A DNA stretch of 63,905 nucleotides, filler included, from Folioceros fuciformis (taxonomy: Eukaryota), in the NCBI GenBank assembly GCA_049999805.1. It is 5 parts of 5 records of this genome, joined end to end, with 100 filler letters (N's around TTAATTAATTAA, not from the genome) between each part and the next. Parts side by side here need not be neighbours in the genome. Positions count along the whole stretch, not along the records: positions 40,289 to 56,654 come from JBNGIO010006132.1; positions 56,755 to 60,531 come from JBNGIO010006137.1; 3 more parts are not named here. One strand, given 5' to 3'. Both the position numbers and the translations under genes were made by a program. Below the pieces are notes generated by a model. It did not search any database. It was not told the origin of the DNA and was given only the letters and a program-made list of their open reading frames with translations. This document shows, in pieces, positions 49,702 to 60,631 of the stretch (the stretch's first letter is position 1; every line of letters begins with the position of its first letter).

Positions 49702-52700
49702 ATGGGTGCCTGGAGCATGCTCGCAGGTATTCTGGTCAGAGGTCCCGCCCAGCATACCCCAAGGAATCAACGCTTGACGAGCAGCCAAGCCGCCAGATGC
49801 AGTACCCTTGTAAGAAGGCCAGCCCGTCCTACAGCTGGAGACGGATCGTGCAGCGAGAGTCGTCGGCAGGCGGCCCTGTGGCGGCAATTCTTTAGAGATC
49901 CTGCTCTTTGGCGGGATTGCAGGCACCGCAAGAAGAGGGCTTGTTGGCCTGACTTCCGCCATCGGGAAACTCGGGAGGTGCTCTGGCTGAATAGTCTGTA
50001 TAAGCCAGAATGGGTGGATGCGCAGCTTGCTGCTCTGGATAGGAAGGTGGGTCGTCCTGAACCTCATGGGCTTGCTGGATTTGCCAGGGGCGTGATGGCT
50101 GAGGTTGTGAGCAAGCTCTGTCAGCAGGGTCGGCTCAGTGAGGCTGTCCAGGCGTTGGGAGCTCTGGTGCAGACAGAATGTTGGATTCCCGTCTCTCTCT
50201 TTTGTGCTGTCTTAAAGAAATGTGTGGTGGAGAAGGATCTCGCTCTGGGTCGCCTTGTGCATGCTTTGACAGTGAAAAGAGGATATCAGTCCGACACGTT
50301 CCTGGGCACTCGTATCGTTCGGATGTATGCTTCCCTTGGCAGATTGCAAGACGCAATGGATGTTTTTGCAGGAATTGCAGAACCCGATGTCTTCACGTGG
50401 TCTGCTGTGATTACTGCGAATGTTAAATACGGGCAAGACATGCAGGCTATAGAACTGTATCATCGGATGCGCAGGTCAAGTGTGAAACCTGATGGCCATG
50501 TGTTTGTGCCAGCCCTTCAGGCTTGTGCGAGGGTGTCGGACTTGAAAACCGGGCACCAGCTGCATGCTGATGTTCTGGCCAGTGACGTTGAACCTGATCT
50601 GTTTGTATCTGCTTGCTTGGTGACTATGTACGCAAAGTGTGGCAGCTTGGAGGACGCTCGGAGAGTGTTCGATGAGCTTGGTGTGAAAGATGTGGTGACA
50701 TGGACTGCTCTCATTGCAGGGTACTCCCAGCGGGGCATGGGGCAGGAAGCCCTTGGTGTTTACAGTGCTATGCAAGAAGAAGGCATCGCTGTCCCCAACT
50801 CTGTGACATTCGTGTGCCTCCTGCAGGCATGTGCAATGGTGGGCTCATCAGCGTTGGAAAAGGGGAAGCAGCTGCATGAACAAATAAGGGAACGAGGATA
50901 TGAAGGTTATCTGATCGTAGCCAACTGTTTGGTCAGCATGTACTCAAAGTGTGGCAGCATAGAGGATGCTCAGAGGGTGTTTGATGGACTTGTCCAGAAG
51001 GATGTAGTGTCATGGAATTCCATAATAGCAGGGTGTTCCCAGAAAGGTATGGTGCAGAAAGCCTTTCTGCTCTACAGTACCATGCAAGAAGAAGGCATGT
51101 GTGAACCAGATTCTGTGACATTTGTGTGCCTCTTGCAGGCATGTGCAAGTGTGGGCACCTTAGCTTTGGAGAAGGGGAAGGAGCTGCATGAACAAATTAG
51201 AGTGGGAGGACATGAAGCTGATGTCCTTATAGCCAAGAGTTTGATTACAATGTATGCAAAATGTGGCAATGTGAAGGATGCACAGAAAGTGTTTGACAGA
51301 GTAGGTCGAAAAGATCTGGTGACTTGGAATGCCATGATCGCAGGGTTTGCCCAGCAGGGCATGGGACAGGAGGCTCTTGATCTCCACAGTATGATGAAAG
51401 AGGATGGCATCATTGTACCAGATTCCAGCACATTTATGTTTCTCCTGCAGGCTTGTGCAAGCTTAGGCACCCCAGCCTTGGAGAAGGGGAAGCAGCTTCA
51501 CGCGGAAATCAGAGGAAGAGAACATCAAGCTGATGGGTTTATAGCCAACACTTTGGTGAACATGTATGCAAAGTGTGGCAGCCTAGAGGATGCTCAGAGG
51601 GTGTTTGACGCACTGGGTCAGAAGGATGTGGTGACCTGGAATGCCATGATTGCAGGATATTCCCAGCAGGGCATGGGACTGGAAGCTCTTCAACTGTACA
51701 GTGCTATGCGAGATGAAGGGATTGCTGTCCCGGATGGTGTGACATTTGTGTGCCTGCTGCAGGCATGTGCCAATGTGGGCTCCTCAGCTCTTGATATGGG
51801 GAAGGAGCTTCATGCACAAATCGGAAAAGGGGCACATCAAGCTGATGGGTTTGTAGCGAGCAGTTTGGTGAATATGTATGGAAAGTGTGGCAGCTTGAAA
51901 GATGCACAGGCTGTGTTTGATGGACTTGGTGAAAAAGATGTGGTGACGTGGACTGCTCTAATTGCAGGGTATTCCCAACAGGGTATGGGACAGGAAGCTC
52001 TTCGTCTCTACAATGCTATGCGAGAAGAAGGCATCGCTGTACCTGACTTGGTGACGTTTGTAAGTCTCCTGCAGGCTTGTGCAAGCGTAGGCACGTCAGC
52101 TTTGGAGATGGGAAAGCAGTTTCATTTGCAAATTAGAGAACGAGGATATCTAGCTGATGTGTTTGTGGCCAGCAGTTTGGTGAATATGTATGCAAAGTGT
52201 GGCAGCATGGAGGATGCTCAGACTCTGTTTGACGGACTTGGTTCAAAAGAGGTTGTGACATGGACCACCCTAATTGCAGGGTATGCCCAGCAGGGCATGG
52301 GGCAGGAAGCACTTTGCCTCTACAGTGCTATGCAAGAAGCAGGCATCGCTGTCCCTGATTCAGTGACATTTGTGTGCCTCCTGCAGGCATGTGCAAGTGT
52401 CGGCAGGCCAGCTTTAGAGAAGGGGAAGGAGATTCATGTACAAGTTAGAGAACGAGAACTTCAGGCTGATGTGTTCATAGTCAGCAGTCTAGTGAACATG
52501 TATGCAAAATGTGGCAGCTTGGAAGAGGCTGTGAGACTTTTCAAAGAACTTGACAAAAAAGAGGTGGTGACATGGACTGCTCTAATTGCAGCTTACTCCC
52601 AGCAGGGCATGGGGCAGGAGGCTCTCCGTCTTCACCATGATATGCAGGAGGAGGGGATAGCGGTTGCTGATTCTGTGACATTTGTGTGCCTCCTAAAGGC

Positions 52701-54399
52701 ATGTGCAAGTGTGGGTGCCCCAGCTTTGGAGAAGGGAAAGCAGATTCATGCACGGATTAGGGAATTAGGGTACGAATCGGATAATTTCCTAGCCAACGGT
52801 CTGGTTAGTATGTATGCAAAGTGTGGCAGCCTACAGGACGCTCAGGTGGTGTTTGATGCACTTGGTCAAAAAGATGTTGTGTCGTGGAATGCAATGATAG
52901 CAGCATGTTCTCAAGAGGGGATGGGTCGGGAAGCACTTCATCTCTACAGCGTTATGCAAGAAGAAGGCATAGCTGAACCAAATTCTGTGACGTTTGTATG
53001 TCTGCTGCAGGCATGTGCAAGTGTGGGGTCTCCAGGTTTGGAGATGGGGAAGCAGCTTCACGCACAAATCAGCAGACGTGGATATCAAGCTGAAGGCTTT
53101 GTACAAAGCAGTCTGGTAAACATGTATGCAAAATGTGGCAGCCTACAGGAGGCCCACAGAACTTTTGATGGACTTGGCCAAAAAGACATAGTGACGTGGA
53201 ATGCCTTGATAGCCGGTTATTCCCAGCAGGGCATGGGTCAGGAAGCTCTTCGTCTTTATAATACTATGCAGGAAGAAGGCAGCGCGGTACCCAATGTAGT
53301 CACATTCATGTGCCTCCTGCATGCATGTGCAAATGTGGCAGCTTTGCATCTGGGAAGGCAGATCCATGCACAGGTTGAAGAAAAGGGCTTTCAAACTAAT
53401 GAGTTCGTGGCCAGCAGTTTGATAAACATGTACGGAAAATCTGGGAGCATGGTTGATGCACAGCAGGTATTTGATGCGTTGCCAGAAAAAGACGTGTCTG
53501 CCTGGAGTGCACTGATTTCAGGTTACAGTTCTCATGGAGAGAGTGAAGTGGTATTCGACTTGGTCCACAAAATGAGCAAGGATGGCATACAGCCAGTTGG
53601 CATTACGTTCCTGAGTATATTAGCAGTCTGCAGCCACGTGGGCTTGGTGAACAAGGGCACAGAGTATTTTGAAGCTATGAGCAAACGCTACCACATCACA
53701 CCCACTGTGGAGCACTACACGTGCATGGTAGATCTCTTGGGCCGCGCAGGCAGACTGGATGAAGCACTAGCTTTGGTAAGAAGAATGCCTGTGCTGCCTA
53801 ACGCTGCAGTTTGGCACACTCTGTTGGGTGCTTGTCAAAAGTGGAGCAACATGGAAGTGGGATGCTATGCCTTTGACCAGGCAATGAAGTTAGATAGGAA
53901 AGATTCCGCAGCTTATGCACTGATGTCGAACATATACACTGCTGCCCAGATGTGGGAGCAGGCACAAAACGTGCAGGCCCGCAGAGTAAGGTTTAGGGCA
54001 TGGAAGCACCCAGGTCAGAGCTGGTGGACAGACATGGGCGGACAGGTGCATAGCTTTTTGGTTGGCGCTGAGGAGCATTCCAAGAGTGAGGCCAGCCTCA
54101 AACGGCCATTATCCAAAATGAAAGGGAACGAGTATGTGGCAAATGTGCACTTGTCACCGCTAGACGTATCTCAAGTTAGAAAGGAATTTCATTGGTGTGG
54201 CCATGCCAAGATGGTTGCTACTGCATATGCCTTAAACAAGACGGCCGATGCCATTATACTTGTTGTGAGAAGTCTGCAGTTTTCTGCCGACGGTGACACT
54301 GCCTCAAAGTACGTTCTGGCAGTGGAGGAACCACCTTTAATCTGCAGGGATGCATTTGAAAGGCATCCATTCCCTCCGCAGCTGAGCCGATTGTGCTGA
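49702..54399 (+). CDS. Very long PLS-class PPR protein with N-terminal PDF-like motif and degenerate DYW:WW domain
   Basis: Intronless ORF (first ATG 49702) with 11 S-motif MYxKCG-type repeats at about 104-aa period, E1/E2 and WKHPGQSWWTD. The deaminase motifs read GHAKMV and FSADGD. Confidence 0.92.
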   Translation: MGAWSMLAGILVRGPAQHTPRNQRLTSSQAARCSTLVRRPARPTAGDGSCSESRRQAALWRQFFRDPALWRDCRHRKKRACWPDFRHRETREVLWLNSLYKPEWVDAQLAALDRKVGRPEPHGLAGFARGVMAEVVSKLCQQGRLSEAVQALGALVQTECWIPVSLFCAVLKKCVVEKDLALGRLVHALTVKRGYQSDTFLGTRIVRMYASLGRLQDAMDVFAGIAEPDVFTWSAVITANVKYGQDMQAIELYHRMRRSSVKPDGHVFVPALQACARVSDLKTGHQLHADVLASDVEPDLFVSACLVTMYAKCGSLEDARRVFDELGVKDVVTWTALIAGYSQRGMGQEALGVYSAMQEEGIAVPNSVTFVCLLQACAMVGSSALEKGKQLHEQIRERGYEGYLIVANCLVSMYSKCGSIEDAQRVFDGLVQKDVVSWNSIIAGCSQKGMVQKAFLLYSTMQEEGMCEPDSVTFVCLLQACASVGTLALEKGKELHEQIRVGGHEADVLIAKSLITMYAKCGNVKDAQKVFDRVGRKDLVTWNAMIAGFAQQGMGQEALDLHSMMKEDGIIVPDSSTFMFLLQACASLGTPALEKGKQLHAEIRGREHQADGFIANTLVNMYAKCGSLEDAQRVFDALGQKDVVTWNAMIAGYSQQGMGLEALQLYSAMRDEGIAVPDGVTFVCLLQACANVGSSALDMGKELHAQIGKGAHQADGFVASSLVNMYGKCGSLKDAQAVFDGLGEKDVVTWTALIAGYSQQGMGQEALRLYNAMREEGIAVPDLVTFVSLLQACASVGTSALEMGKQFHLQIRERGYLADVFVASSLVNMYAKCGSMEDAQTLFDGLGSKEVVTWTTLIAGYAQQGMGQEALCLYSAMQEAGIAVPDSVTFVCLLQACASVGRPALEKGKEIHVQVRERELQADVFIVSSLVNMYAKCGSLEEAVRLFKELDKKEVVTWTALIAAYSQQGMGQEALRLHHDMQEEGIAVADSVTFVCLLKACASVGAPALEKGKQIHARIRELGYESDNFLANGLVSMYAKCGSLQDAQVVFDALGQKDVVSWNAMIAACSQEGMGREALHLYSVMQEEGIAEPNSVTFVCLLQACASVGSPGLEMGKQLHAQISRRGYQAEGFVQSSLVNMYAKCGSLQEAHRTFDGLGQKDIVTWNALIAGYSQQGMGQEALRLYNTMQEEGSAVPNVVTFMCLLHACANVAALHLGRQIHAQVEEKGFQTNEFVASSLINMYGKSGSMVDAQQVFDALPEKDVSAWSALISGYSSHGESEVVFDLVHKMSKDGIQPVGITFLSILAVCSHVGLVNKGTEYFEAMSKRYHITPTVEHYTCMVDLLGRAGRLDEALALVRRMPVLPNAAVWHTLLGACQKWSNMEVGCYAFDQAMKLDRKDSAAYALMSNIYTAAQMWEQAQNVQARRVRFRAWKHPGQSWWTDMGGQVHSFLVGAEEHSKSEASLKRPLSKMKGNEYVANVHLSPLDVSQVRKEFHWCGHAKMVATAYALNKTADAIILVVRSLQFSADGDTASKYVLAVEEPPLICRDAFERHPFPPQLSRLC

Positions 54400-54829
54400 T
54401 TCTCAGTGGAAACTGCCTGATGGTTCCTTGCATGTTCGCTCCTGAGATTTGAAGACGCTGCATGTCTTGAAATTTTGTCAAAACTGCATTCCATGTAACA
54501 TGCCAGAAGAAGGGCTACAGGCCATGAAAAGTTTGAGACCCAAAATATGCACATGACATGGACACTGGAGAGTGCCTTTGCACGCATTGATCGTAGACGT
54601 CAACCCCACAACATCGGTTTGAGCGTCTCATGATGATATGCCGTTCGCTGCCTCACTTGTGACTTCCATCACAAACCGCCACACCCAGATATCAGGGCAT
54701 TCAATGTTACCAATCCCTTCGTGACCAAGCGGTTAAAGGCCCACGACCCCCGACACCTGGCATAAATGTCCGCCAGGCAGTTCGCAACCACTATATTTCC
54801 TAGACTACCTCCTCACAACCTGGGGACTC

Positions 54830-55560
54830 GTGTGGCTATCGGCCCATTGGCGAGCACCTGTCCTTGTCAAGGAGGTTTTGGCACGGAAAAACCTTTGGGG
54901 AGTAGTGCCGGGCACTGAACAGCCCCCTTCAGAGCCCGGGAGACAACCCAAGTGGGCGGACAACAGTAGGGAAGCTTTTGCAACCATTTGGTTAAATTTG
55001 GAAGATGCACAGTGATGCGCGTGACCGTCCTCATGCACCACTGGCAGGGAGGCTCAGCACAAGTTGGAGGCACGCTAAGAGACAGAAGGGTCTTGTGAAT
55101 CCCTTGTTTTTTGGGCGTAAGGTTTTCATCTTTCATATGCCAGAAATTCATAATGTTATTGAGCATGTCGACAAGGTAAAGAATTTATCACTAGAGTTGA
55201 CAGCGGATGAAGCTCTTGTCACAGTAGACGTTTTAGACGTTTTGGCTTGGTAGGAACTCAGTAGAAGTAGTAAAATGCATATAGCATCAAAGTGGGTTGG
55301 TAGTGCATTTTTTTTGTCATAGGCTATTGGTACAACAACTTATGTATTGAATCAAGTTCCAACTGAAGTTGTGCTTGGAATGTACCAACAACTTATATAT
55401 TGAATCAAGTTCCAACTAAAGTTGTGCTTGGAATGACTCGAGAAGAAGCATGGTCTAGTGGAAAACCTAATGTACATCATTTTGGGATTTTTGGTTTTGC
55501 TATGTATGCTTATGTTTCTAAGCAAAACCGAACTAAATGGGATATGTGTAGGAAGCCCGA
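54830..55560 (+). mobile_element. Copia gag and integrase fragments
   Basis: KEVLARKNLWGVVPGTEQPP...WADNSREAFATIWLNLED is gag-like. The downstream part resembles an integrase C-terminus (AYVSKQNRTKWD). Confidence 0.6.
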
Positions 55561-56654
55561 TAGATAAAGAATTGTAGCCAACGTTTTGCTGCTTAGCAAG
55601 GACTAGCACAAAAACACGCCTTGCAGATCACACATGCAAGCAATAAGGTGGTTTCGTATTAAAAGGATAGGAGGAGTTTTCAGGTTTTCAAATGAGTGGC
55701 CTAGGTTAGACGAGAGTTGTATAAAGCTTGAACAAGCTTTGCCTTGGGCAAGTAGAGGGCATCAATGCTCCCCTCTGCTATTTTGCTAATCTATAGTCGG
55801 CTGCATAGACGACATCTGTAGGTCACTCAAGGGTCTATTGTTCTCTTGTTGTAATCAAGTGTGCTACATTTGTAGATCACTCAGGAGTTTATTGTTCTCT
55901 TATTGTAATTAAGTGTATGTTGATGATATGGCACACCAACCAATGTGACATTGGTAGCTTGCGTATTTGATTCCATCAATGTGAGTGGGTCTGAGTGCTA
56001 GAGTCACAAGGTTGGGCCAAGCCATCGCATCACTAGGGCCTGAGGCCATGACTTCACATAGACTCATGTGTTGAATAGTAATTATTCTATGCTTTGGAAC
56101 TTTCATGTTTACTGGCATCAACTTGGTGGCTCATATGCAAGATATGAACTAAGAAGAAGAGTGGTGAATACTTCCTTGTATAAGTAACTAGGGTTAGTAT
56201 TCTGTTGAAGCTTCTACTGGAGATGTTAAAGACAAGTCCACTACCAAAACCAACCCCTATCTCACAAATCCCAACAACCTTAACCACAATCATTCCTCTG
56301 CGGTTAAGGGTTATTGGTCATATAATCTTAAACAATGTCCTACTTTGTAATGTCCAAAAATTTGCAGTATTTGTACTACATATTCCATTTGTCAAGAGGT
56401 ATGTTGTCCTACACTTGTCCCTTTGATGAAGCTTGGCACTTGGTCTGCATAGTTTCAATGCAATTTCATCGGTGACATCGCAAACAACTACGGACACGAA
56501 ATGAAAACAATGACCTCACTTCCCTAGGTTAAGCACTTTACAAGTTCTTGAGCCAAAATGGACAATTGTAGCACTTTTTGGATGAATGGTGCCTCGGGAG
56601 GTGACTCCACAAAGGATTCTAAGACACTACCTTGGACTGCTGAGTGTTGGCCTT

Positions 56655-56754
56655 NNNNNNNNNNNNNNNNNNNNNNNNNNNNNNNNNNNNNNNNNNNNTT
56701 AATTAATTAANNNNNNNNNNNNNNNNNNNNNNNNNNNNNNNNNNNNNNNNNNNN
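56655..56754. other. Artificial scaffold-joining linker
   Basis: N44-TTAATTAATTAA-N44. Confidence 0.95.
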
Positions 56755-57300
56755 TGCACTGTACAGCATCATACACATACGGCAGTATTGGTAAGGAGAA
56801 GGAGTTGAGGAGACCCTGCAAAGAACGTGTACAACGTGCTCATCATGAAGAGTGTGCAGGGGTGCAGGGAAAACATGCTAAGCTTGCTACAAAGTTGTGA
56901 AGTACCTAGTCCCACAGAGCGAACTGCCCTCAAGTGCACGATCATACAATTCTTCTTCTTCGTCGTCTTCTTGTTAGGGGAACAATGGTACTTGCCACCA
57001 AGAAGAATCCGCACACCACTAGAAATCCGCCTGGCACTGGCTACACTCACTTCTTCATCTTTCTCATGGTCGACCCTTACAACTGCAACAACCATTTGCG
57101 AATCGATGCACACGGTACCCATCCCTCACAACAATGTCTCTCTGCTCAAGCCTNNNNNNNNNNNNNNNNNNNNNNNNNNNNNNNNNNNNNNNNNNNNNNN
57201 NNNNNNNNNNNNNNNNNNNNNNNNNNNNNNNNNNNNNNNNNNNNNNNNNNNNNCACTAGGAATCCGCCTGGCACTGGCTACACTCACTTCTTCATTTTTC

Positions 57301-60300
57301 TCATGGTCGACCCTTACAACTGCAACAACCATTTGCGAATCGATGCACACGGTACCCATCCCTCACAACAATGTCTCTCTGCTCAAGCCTTGACATGATC
57401 GCCGTGGAGCTGTGGCAATCACTGCACATGCGTAGATTCTTGGTTACCATCAGAGGTGTCCCATTCGGAGTGTTCAACAGACCAAACGCCAGAGCTAGCT
57501 TCTCAGCATGCCCGCAAAGCACATCTTCCTTTTCCTTCTCACTCAGTGGCTTCAACACCAACTTTGTGTGAGGTACGTGGCCTCCTTCCTGCTTCACACG
57601 CGCATTCGTGCTTTCTACCTTAAGCGCAATATCCTTTCTCCTTTCTCCCACCAGAAATCTGTGTACCTCCTTATTCACCTCAATGCTTGCCACTGCTGGC
57701 TTCTTCTTAGCTGCTGTTGCCTTTCTCTGTGTTTCAATCCTGTCTACATCGGTCCACCTACCTGCATCTGCATAGGCATTGGCCATGAGAACATAGGCAG
57801 GTGCCTTCTGGGGGTCCAGCCTAACAATGCTTTCAAAACACCACACAGCCTTCTCTAGATCTCCGTGACTTTTGCAGGCATTCAACAAAGATGTCAAACA
57901 CACCACATCACTTTGGCCCTCACATGATAATAGCATCCTCTTTGCCTCATCTAATTGGCCAGCACGCCCAAGAAGATCAATCATGCAGGTGTGATGCTCA
58001 ACAGAAGGTATGACACCATGCTGTTCAGCCATGGAATCAAAGAGCTTGCGACCCTCCTGGACCAGACCCCCATGACTGCATGCCACTAGAAGGCAAGTAA
58101 AAGTAGCATCGTCAGGATGAACACCGGCAGCTAACATCTCCTCAAAACAAGCTAGCGCCTTGCGACCTTCATCACAAGCACCATACCCAGCAATCAGGGC
58201 TGTCCATGTAACCACATCTTTAGTGGCCATGCTGTCGAAAACCTGGCGTGCATCTTCCAGCTCACCACATTTTGCATACATGTCCACCAGGCAGGTTCCC
58301 ACCACTACATCATCCAGCAGACCTCTGTTGACAATCTGTGAGTGCAGCTCCTTGCCTTTCTGCAAGGCACCAGTGCTTCCACATGCGTTCAGAAGGCAAG
58401 CAAAAGTAACATCATCAGCCAAAACGAGGCCTGCCTCCTCCATCTGTCCGTACACAACAAGCGCCTCTTGGCCGAGTCCTTGCTGTGCATACCCAGCAAT
58501 CACGGCATTCCATGTAACCACATTCTTTGTGTTCATGCTGTCAAAAACCTGGCGTGCATCTTCCAGCTTACCACATTTTGCATACATGTCCACCAGGCAG
58601 GTTCCCACCACTACATCATCCAGCAGACCTCTGTGGACAATCTGTGAGTGAAGCTCCCTGCCCTTCTGCAAGGCACCAGTGCTTCCACACGCGTTCAGAA
58701 GGCAAACAAAAGTAACATCATTAGCCAAAACGAGGCCTGCCTCCTCCATCTGTCCATACACAACAAGCGCCTCTTGGCCGAGTCCTTGCTGTGCATACCC
58801 AGCAATCAGGGCCGTCCATGTCACCACATCCTTCGAGGCCATGCTCTCAAAAACCTGGCGTGCAGATGCCAGCTCACCACATTTTGCATACATGTCCACC
58901 AGGCAGGTTCCCACCACTACATCATCCAGCAGACCTCTGTGGACAATCTGGGAGTGAAGCTCCCTGCCCTTCTGCAAGGCACCAGTGCTTGCACACGCCT
59001 TCAGAAGGCAAGCAAAAGTAACATTATTAGCCAAAATGAGGCCTGCTTCCTCCATCTGCCCATACACAACAAGCGCCTCTTGGCCGAGTCCTTGCTGTGC
59101 ATACCCAGCGATCAGGGCTGTCCATGTCACCACATCCTTCGAGGCCATGCCGTCGAAAACCTGGCGGGCACCTTCCAGCTCACCACATTTTGCATACATG
59201 TCCACCAGGCAGTTTCCCACCACTATATTATCCAGCAGTTCTCTCTTGACAATCTGTGAGTGAAGCTCCCTGCCCTTCTGCAAGGCACCAGTGCTTCCAC
59301 ACGCCTTCAGAAGGCAAGCAAAAGTAACACAGTCAGCCAATACGACGCCTGCCTGCTCCATCTCTCCATACACGACAAGGGCCTCTTGGCCGAGTCCTTG
59401 CTGTGCATACCCAGCGATCAGGGCATTCCATGTCACCACATCCTTCGTGTTCATGCTATCAAAAACCTGGCGTGCATCTTTCATTCGGCCACATTTTGCA
59501 TACATGTCCACCAAGCAGCTGTTAACAAACAAGTCAGTACGGAAGCCACTGCGCAACGCGTCGCGGTGCACTGTTCTGCCAGATTCTAAGTCGGCAGCAA
59601 ATGCACAAGCTTGAAGGGCGGCTACAAAGACATAACCATCCGCCTTCACTTCTGACCTACGCATTTCATGGTACAGTTGTATGGCCTCCTTCGGCTTCCC
59701 GTGCTTAGCATGTGCAGAGATTATGGAAAACCACATGAAGACATTCGGTTTCCCTACCCTGTTGAACACATCCATCGCCTCCTTTAGCCTACCTCCACAT
59801 GCATACATGCGCAAGATATGGTTGCCCAAATATGCATTCGACTCGTACCCAAGTTTGACAGTGAGATCATGAACTCGTCGCCCAACCACCAAATCCTTCT
59901 TAGCTGTACAGAGTTTTAACACTGTGTAAAACAGAGACTGACAAGCGCCAGAGTCTGACTGCACCAGAGATTCCAGGGCTCCAACGGCCTCAGAAAGCTT
60001 CCCCTGATGACATAACATGCTAACGGTTGCAGCAGTTACGACGCCCGTTTCCAATTCTGCACGCCTGCCAGATCCACGCTTATACAGAGAGCTGCACTCG
60101 AGAGAATAAACTCCATGGCCCATTGAATGTGGAAGTGCTGGGTTTCTTACAATGCTGCCCCTGGAGCCCATTTCACCACCTGTACGCCTTCCAGGTTCAG
60201 GATGATCTGGAGAGCTCAAGTTGGAAGGAGAGGAACCGAGACCCATCTGCATATCCAAGGAGACGAGTTGCTCATCAACCCAAGCTGGCTTAAACCTGTT

Positions 60301-60531
60301 GTTCAACCACAGCACGTCGCCGGACCCCTGACGGCGGAAGTCAGGGGAACGGGAGCTCTTCTTGTCTCGTCTGTTATCCCACCACATGGTAGGGTCCAGA
60401 AAAAGTTGTTGCCACAAGTGCTCCTGCTGCTCCTGGCAACTACCAGCATCGTCGGAAAACCCGTCCCTGCCCACACACGTTCTAGTTCTCGGAGGTGGAA
60501 GTGCTGGGCTCCTGACACTGCTGCACCTGGA
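57301..60531 (-). CDS. PLS-class PPR protein with DYW:KP (GRP-type) domain and N-terminal PDF-like motif; 5'-truncated by scaffold end
   Basis: The frame is open up to the gap (SRCSSVRSPALP...VGRDGF). About 20 P/L/S motifs, then KKPAVASIEVNKEVHRF, HAEKLA, CSDCH and terminal CSCKGRP. Confidence 0.93.
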   Translation of the reverse strand, partial: SRCSSVRSPALPPPRTRTCVGRDGFSDDAGSCQEQQEHLWQQLFLDPTMWWDNRRDKKSSRSPDFRRQGSGDVLWLNNRFKPAWVDEQLVSLDMQMGLGSSPSNLSSPDHPEPGRRTGGEMGSRGSIVRNPALPHSMGHGVYSLECSSLYKRGSGRRAELETGVVTAATVSMLCHQGKLSEAVGALESLVQSDSGACQSLFYTVLKLCTAKKDLVVGRRVHDLTVKLGYESNAYLGNHILRMYACGGRLKEAMDVFNRVGKPNVFMWFSIISAHAKHGKPKEAIQLYHEMRRSEVKADGYVFVAALQACAFAADLESGRTVHRDALRSGFRTDLFVNSCLVDMYAKCGRMKDARQVFDSMNTKDVVTWNALIAGYAQQGLGQEALVVYGEMEQAGVVLADCVTFACLLKACGSTGALQKGRELHSQIVKRELLDNIVVGNCLVDMYAKCGELEGARQVFDGMASKDVVTWTALIAGYAQQGLGQEALVVYGQMEEAGLILANNVTFACLLKACASTGALQKGRELHSQIVHRGLLDDVVVGTCLVDMYAKCGELASARQVFESMASKDVVTWTALIAGYAQQGLGQEALVVYGQMEEAGLVLANDVTFVCLLNACGSTGALQKGRELHSQIVHRGLLDDVVVGTCLVDMYAKCGKLEDARQVFDSMNTKNVVTWNAVIAGYAQQGLGQEALVVYGQMEEAGLVLADDVTFACLLNACGSTGALQKGKELHSQIVNRGLLDDVVVGTCLVDMYAKCGELEDARQVFDSMATKDVVTWTALIAGYGACDEGRKALACFEEMLAAGVHPDDATFTCLLVACSHGGLVQEGRKLFDSMAEQHGVIPSVEHHTCMIDLLGRAGQLDEAKRMLLSCEGQSDVVCLTSLLNACKSHGDLEKAVWCFESIVRLDPQKAPAYVLMANAYADAGRWTDVDRIETQRKATAAKKKPAVASIEVNKEVHRFLVGERRKDIALKVESTNARVKQEGGHVPHTKLVLKPLSEKEKEDVLCGHAEKLALAFGLLNTPNGTPLMVTKNLRMCSDCHSSTAIMSRLEQRDIVVRDGYRVHRFANGCCSCKGRP

Positions 60532-60631
60532 NNNNNNNNNNNNNNNNNNNNNNNNNNNNNNNNNNNNNNNNNNNNTTAATTAATTAANNNNNNNNNNNNN
60601 NNNNNNNNNNNNNNNNNNNNNNNNNNNNNNN
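60532..60631. other. Artificial scaffold-joining linker
   Basis: N44-TTAATTAATTAA-N44. Confidence 0.95.

Noticed and set aside
17473-60631. Apparent clustering of three PPR editing genes, and a telomere lying beside the desaturase gene
   Set aside because: The genes are on different scaffolds joined by artificial TTAATTAATTAA linkers, so adjacency across linkers has no biological meaning.
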